This document shows positions 59,475 to 64,000 of a stretch of DNA of 64,000 nucleotides, piece after piece. Position 1 is the first letter of the stretch. Every line of letters begins with the position of its first letter. The position numbers and the translations under genes were made by a program. The stretch is from assembly GCA_963837955.1 (NCBI GenBank), contig CAWIPH010000002.1, positions 896,001 through 960,000 of the forward strand, in the 5' to 3' direction. The DNA comes from an uncultured Verrucomicrobiae bacterium (GTDB lineage Bacteria; Verrucomicrobiota; Verrucomicrobiia; Chthoniobacterales; JAFAMB01). The notes beneath the pieces are model-generated. The model was not told the DNA's origin, made no database searches, and saw only the letters and a program-made list of their open reading frames with translations.

Positions 59475-59999
59475 ATGAGACCAGAAAAGACGACGATTGT
59501 TGATGATCTTTCCGCGCGGCTAAACGCCTCACCGTTTTTGATCGTAACCGAATACGCCGGTATGAACGTGATCGAGTTCGCGGAGCTGCGGACCCGGCTC
59601 GCTGGAGCCGGAGCAGAATGCAAAGTGGTGAAAAACACCTTTTTGCGGAGGGCGGCAGCGGAAGTGGGCTTCCCGGATCTCGGCGATACGCTAGCCGGTC
59701 AGACGGCGATTGTGACCGGAGAGAGCGATGTCTGTGCTGCGGCCAAAATCCTAAAGACTTTTTCGGCAGAATTCCAACGCCCGTCGGTCAAGGTCGGCGT
59801 GCTGGACCATGCCGTAATTTCGAAGGAGCAGATCCAGGCGCTGGCGGAGCTTCCGGCGAAACCGATTCTGCAGGCACAATTGCTTGGCGTGCTGAAGTCG
59901 CCGCTTCAGAAGCTCGTAACGGTATTGAACGAGCCAGGGGCTTCGCTTGCTCGCCTCTTGAAGGCAAAAGTAGACAAAGAACAGGGAGCGGAAGCATGA
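59475..59999 (+). CDS. rplJ: 50S ribosomal protein L10
   Basis: KVVKNT and LAELP motifs; position after rplA. Confidence 0.97.
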   Translation: MRPEKTTIVDDLSARLNASPFLIVTEYAGMNVIEFAELRTRLAGAGAECKVVKNTFLRRAAAEVGFPDLGDTLAGQTAIVTGESDVCAAAKILKTFSAEFQRPSVKVGVLDHAVISKEQIQALAELPAKPILQAQLLGVLKSPLQKLVTVLNEPGASLARLLKAKVDKEQGAEA

Positions 60000-60177
60000 A
60001 TTTGTTCATCGCGCTGTCAGCTGCGTTTTGCTGCTGGTGGGCGGTGAAAACTTACGGGGCGTGAAATGAAGCCGCACGCCACGATGAAAACATAAACTGG
60101 TTCCTCGTCGGGTCGGGCAGCTGCCGGATCTTAAATGCTCTCGAGGCTTCGGAGCGCGACGACACCTAAGGAATAAA

Positions 60178-60570
60178 ATGGCAAATACAGAACAACTGGT
60201 TGAGCAGCTCAGCGGTCTAACCGTTTTGGAAATCGCTGATCTGGTAAAGAAACTCGAAGAAAAGTGGGGTGTCAGTGCGGCAGCTCCAGTAGCGGTCGCG
60301 GCTGGTCCGGTAGCGGGCGGTGGCGCGGGAGCCGGTGCACCGGTCGTCGAAGAAAAGACTACTTTTGACGTGATCCTCAAGGAGATTGGTGGCAACAAGA
60401 TCGCCGTCATTAAAGAGGTTCGGGCGTCCGTCTCGGGTCTGGGACTAGCGGAAGCGAAAGCCTTAGTGGAAGGCGCGCCGAAGCCGATCAAAGAAGGGGT
60501 CACCAAAGAAGAAGCGGACGAGATCAAGAAGAAGGTCGAAGCCGCTGGAGCGAAGGTCGAAATCAAGTAA
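60178..60570 (+). CDS. rplL: 50S ribosomal protein L7/L12
   Basis: [27 protein letters not shown] and GLAEAK motifs. Confidence 0.99.
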   Translation: MANTEQLVEQLSGLTVLEIADLVKKLEEKWGVSAAAPVAVAAGPVAGGGAGAGAPVVEEKTTFDVILKEIGGNKIAVIKEVRASVSGLGLAEAKALVEGAPKPIKEGVTKEEADEIKKKVEAAGAKVEIK

Positions 60571-60589
60571 GCCTCGAGATCAACTCTCG

Positions 60590-60632
60590 AAAAGGGCGTG
60601 TTGCTTCGAAGCAGGACGCCCTTTTTCGTTTT
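60590..60632 (+). terminator. Intrinsic terminator/attenuator between rplL and rpoB
   Basis: AAAAGGGCGT...ACGCCCTTTTT hairpin with T tract. Confidence 0.75.
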
Positions 60633-60865
60633 CGCTTGCGAAATGGGGGCGTTTTAGTATAGTAGCATCTCGTTAACCGCGGGGAACTCGAGATATCGCT
60701 CGCACGTTTAACATTAGATTCCATAGTCAGCTCCATTTGCGTGGCCGATTTGACAAGCCTCGCGTGTGGGGCTATTTCTGTTCCCCTTTGTTGTTTTTAC
60801 CCTCGAGGGAACGTTAGTCGCGGTGCCGTAAACCAGTAGCACCGGTCGGTCAGAATACCATCCGT

Positions 60866-63800
60866 ATGTCAGAGCGCATTTATTTCGGGAAGATTAAGGA
60901 AGCCGTAGAACCGCCCAACCTAATCGAGGTTCAACTCGATTCCTACGTAGAGTTCTTGCAGAAGGATTTACCACCTAGCAAGCGCAAAAATGTCGGTCTC
61001 CAAGCCGTGTTTCGGGAAGTTTTTCCGATCCAAAGCTACGACGACAAGGTCGTCCTGGATTTCGTAAGTTACGATATTGGTGAGCCGAAGATGTCCGCGT
61101 TGGATTGCCAGCGAGAAGGGCAGACATTCAGCGCACCGCTACACGTCACTTTCCAGTTGCGCGACGAGAAGGGCACCAAAGAGGAGAAAGTATACATGGG
61201 CGAGATCCCGCTCATGACTCCGCAAGGGACGTTCGTGATCAACGGAGCCGAGAGAGTGGTGGTCAGCCAGCTTCACCGGTCGCCAGGGATCGCGTTTGAG
61301 TCGTCCATCCACCTTAACGGGAAGGTTTTGTATAGCTTCCGCATCATTCCCGACCGCGGCTCCTGGTTGGAAGTGCAGTTTGACACGAACGACTTACTCT
61401 ACATCTATCTCGATCGCCGCAAACGCCGCCGGAAATTCTTGGCTACGACCTTCCTGCGCGCAATCGGTCACGGCAGCGACGAAGAGATCATCAAGGTCTT
61501 TTATCACATCGAAAAACTGGCGCTGAAGAACGATCTCGAGGAAGAACTGCTCAGTACCAAGATTCTCATTCAGGACATCCGCGACGGAGAGATTACGGTC
61601 GCGCGTGCGTTTGAGCCTTTAACCAAGGCAACGGTTCAACAGATCCTGACCCTGGGCGTCACCGAGGTCTCTGTTGTTGATATCAAAGACGACGACACCA
61701 TCATCAAGTCGATCAAGAAAGATCCGGCTCACGACGAGGACGAGGCGTTGAAGGATATTTATCGTCGTTTGCGGCCCGGTGATCCGCCTACCGTGGCAAA
61801 CGCTCGCGGACTGCTGCGCCGATTGTTTTTCGATCCGAAGAAATATGATTTGGGCCGGGTTGGACGGTACAAGATCAACCAGAAGCTGGGAATTGAAGTT
61901 GATTTGGCCGAGCGCACCTTGACGAAGGAAGATTTTATCGGGGCGATGAAGTACCTGGTCACTTTGCGAAAGGGTGAGGGGATCTTGGACGATATCGATC
62001 ATCTTGGCAGCCGGCGAGTGCGCACGGTGGGAGAGTTGTTGGCTAACCAATGCCGGGTCGGTCTGGCACGGACCGAGCGTCTGGTTAAAGAGCGGATGAC
62101 TCTTTTCGACGTCAATATCGACGGCATGACCCCACAGAAGCTGATCAACCCGAAGGCGCTCAGTGCGGTTATCCGCGATTTCTTTGGGCGTTCACAGCTT
62201 AGTCAATTCATGGATCAGACCAACCCGCTTGCGGAATTGACCCACAAGCGTCGTTTGTCCGCCCTTGGGCCGGGCGGCCTGAGTCGCGATCGCGCCGGAT
62301 TTGAGGTCCGCGACGTGCATCCGTCCCACTACGGTCGAATTTGTCCGATTGAGACACCGGAAGGTCCGAACATCGGACTGATTAGCTCGATGAGCACCTT
62401 CGCGCGTATCAACGAATTTGGCTTCATCGAAACGCCATATCGTCGCGTCCAGGAGGGGCGAGTCACCGATCAGATCGATTACCTGACCGCCGACCGGGAA
62501 GAGAATTATTTGGTCGCTCAGGCGAATGCGCCGATAGACGCTAAAGGCAATTTTCTGGACGAGAAGGCTTCGTGTCGCTACCGAGGCGACTTTCTGGAGG
62601 TGGAGCCATCAAAGGTCCACTATATGGATATTTCGCCGAAACAGCTGGTTTCGGTTGCTGCCGGGCTTATCCCGTTTTTGGAGCATGACGACGCAAACCG
62701 AGCGCTGATGGGCTCGAACATGCAACGCCAAGGCGTGCCTCTCATTCGGTCCGAATCGCCGCTGGTCGGTACGGGATTGGAGGGTAAAGTCGCGCGCGAC
62801 TCGAAAGCCGTCATCGTGGCGGAGGGCGACGGCGTTGTGGCCTCGGTAAACGCCGAGCAGATTGTGACGACCCGCGATGGCAAGATGCCCGAGATGAAGA
62901 AAAAGGCGATAAGCCGCCCGGACGAAGGTGTCTACGTTTATGAGTTGCGAAAGTTCATGCGCTCGAACGCGGGAACCTGTATCAACCAAAAGCCGATTGT
63001 CGTTAAAGGTCAGAAGATAAAGAAAGGGCGTGTTATCGCCGATGGCCCGAACACCGAAGCGGGTGAGCTCGCGCTGGGGCGAAACGTCCTGGTGGCTTTC
63101 ATGCCGTGGAATGGATACAACTTCGAGGACGCCATTCTGATTTCCGAGAAGGTGGTGAAGGAAGACATCTATACTTCGATCCACATTGACGAGTTTGAGA
63201 TCGGTGCTCGCGATACTAAACTTGGACCGGAGGAAATTACCCGGGATATTCCAAACGTTAGCGAAGAAGCCTTGCGGAACCTCGGTTCGGACGGAGTCAT
63301 CCGGGTCGGAGCCGAAGTCAAGCCAGGTGATATCCTGGTTGGAAAGATTACGCCGAAGAGTGAAACTGAGCTGGCTCCAGAGGAACGCTTGCTGCGGGCA
63401 ATTTTCGGAGAGAAGGCAGCTGACGTCAAAGACACCTCACTCACCGTTCCTTCCGGCACCTACGGCATTGTGATGGATGTCAAAGTCTCTTCACGAAAGG
63501 AAGTAGCGAAGCAGAAGCTGACACCGGCTGAGACCAAGCGTCAGGCGAAACAGATCGCGGAAGATTACCGGAAGAAGAAGGAAGAGTTGCACGAAGAGCT
63601 GACTGAGGCGCTCTCTAATATTCTGTTGGGTGAAAAGATTCCGTTGGATGTGGTGAACGCTGAGACCGGTGAGATCATCATTCCGGCAAATCGCAAAATT
63701 ACTAAGACGTTGTTGCGGAAACTAGCGGGAGTTTATGATCATATCGATATCGACCCTAGTCCGATTCGGAACAAGATTCGGGAAATCATCAGCTCATTCG

Positions 63801-64000
63801 AGCATAAGTTCGCCGAACTCGACTTGGAGAAGGATCGTTCACTTGATCGGATCGAGAGCGGCGATGATATCGACCCGGGTATTATCAAGCAAGTCAAGGT
63901 CTATATAGCCAGCAAGCGCAAGCTGAGTGTGGGCGACAAAATGGCTGGAAGACACGGGAATAAAGGCGTCGTAGCGAAGATCGTTGCGGAAGAAGATATG
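60866..64000 (+). CDS. rpoB: DNA-directed RNA polymerase beta subunit (3' end beyond window)
   Basis: MSERIYFGK...[45 protein letters not shown] and [12 protein letters not shown] motifs; missing from the ORF track because it has no stop in the window. Confidence 0.99.
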   Translation, partial: MSERIYFGKIKEAVEPPNLIEVQLDSYVEFLQKDLPPSKRKNVGLQAVFREVFPIQSYDDKVVLDFVSYDIGEPKMSALDCQREGQTFSAPLHVTFQLRDEKGTKEEKVYMGEIPLMTPQGTFVINGAERVVVSQLHRSPGIAFESSIHLNGKVLYSFRIIPDRGSWLEVQFDTNDLLYIYLDRRKRRRKFLATTFLRAIGHGSDEEIIKVFYHIEKLALKNDLEEELLSTKILIQDIRDGEITVARAFEPLTKATVQQILTLGVTEVSVVDIKDDDTIIKSIKKDPAHDEDEALKDIYRRLRPGDPPTVANARGLLRRLFFDPKKYDLGRVGRYKINQKLGIEVDLAERTLTKEDFIGAMKYLVTLRKGEGILDDIDHLGSRRVRTVGELLANQCRVGLARTERLVKERMTLFDVNIDGMTPQKLINPKALSAVIRDFFGRSQLSQFMDQTNPLAELTHKRRLSALGPGGLSRDRAGFEVRDVHPSHYGRICPIETPEGPNIGLISSMSTFARINEFGFIETPYRRVQEGRVTDQIDYLTADREENYLVAQANAPIDAKGNFLDEKASCRYRGDFLEVEPSKVHYMDISPKQLVSVAAGLIPFLEHDDANRALMGSNMQRQGVPLIRSESPLVGTGLEGKVARDSKAVIVAEGDGVVASVNAEQIVTTRDGKMPEMKKKAISRPDEGVYVYELRKFMRSNAGTCINQKPIVVKGQKIKKGRVIADGPNTEAGELALGRNVLVAFMPWNGYNFEDAILISEKVVKEDIYTSIHIDEFEIGARDTKLGPEEITRDIPNVSEEALRNLGSDGVIRVGAEVKPGDILVGKITPKSETELAPEERLLRAIFGEKAADVKDTSLTVPSGTYGIVMDVKVSSRKEVAKQKLTPAETKRQAKQIAEDYRKKKEELHEELTEALSNILLGEKIPLDVVNAETGEIIIPANRKITKTLLRKLAGVYDHIDIDPSPIRNKIREIISSFEHKFAELDLEKDRSLDRIESGDDIDPGIIKQVKVYIASKRKLSVGDKMAGRHGNKGVVAKIVAEEDM

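Overview
Bacterial chromosomal window, probably from Verrucomicrobiota (PVC). This is inferred from DUF5069, a double-length UvrA and the tRNA-Thr/tuf/tRNA-Trp/secE layout. From left to right: (1) 0.2-4 kb, a LysR-controlled SDR/NADP-oxidoreductase/SnoaL cluster with deletion-scarred pseudogenes. (2) 4.07-12.65 kb, a nested Tn3-family (Tn21-like IR) region with four 38-bp IRs, a 234-bp miniature element, cargo genes (glycosyltransferase, SDR, NmrA, TetR, DUF5069), tnpR-res and an internally deleted tnpA. (3) arsR-arsC-sigZ and an orphan tonB. (4) 15.7-29.7 kb, a phenylacetate cluster paaABCDE-N-Y-F-G-H-I-K with paaX; it lacks paaJ/paaZ but ends in a ThDP enzyme. (5) 29.8-38.1 kb, an AraC-regulated ribose-like ABC/kinase/pyranase operon headed by an uncharacterised ferritin-like (DUF455-type) diiron protein; this is the best candidate for an undescribed pathway. 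(6) A fused double UvrA bracketed by REP-like palindromes, then a variable patch (VapBC, two DUF1643 copies, a 177-bp stray copy of uvrA). (7) Methyltransferase, S8 protease, macrodomain, DUF2237, tRNA-Pro, a RAYT/IS200 remnant, amidase and YmdB. (8) Core tRNA-Thr, tuf, tRNA-Trp, secE, nusG, rplKAJL and rpoB (runs off the window). All family calls come from recognising motifs by eye; no database searches were run.
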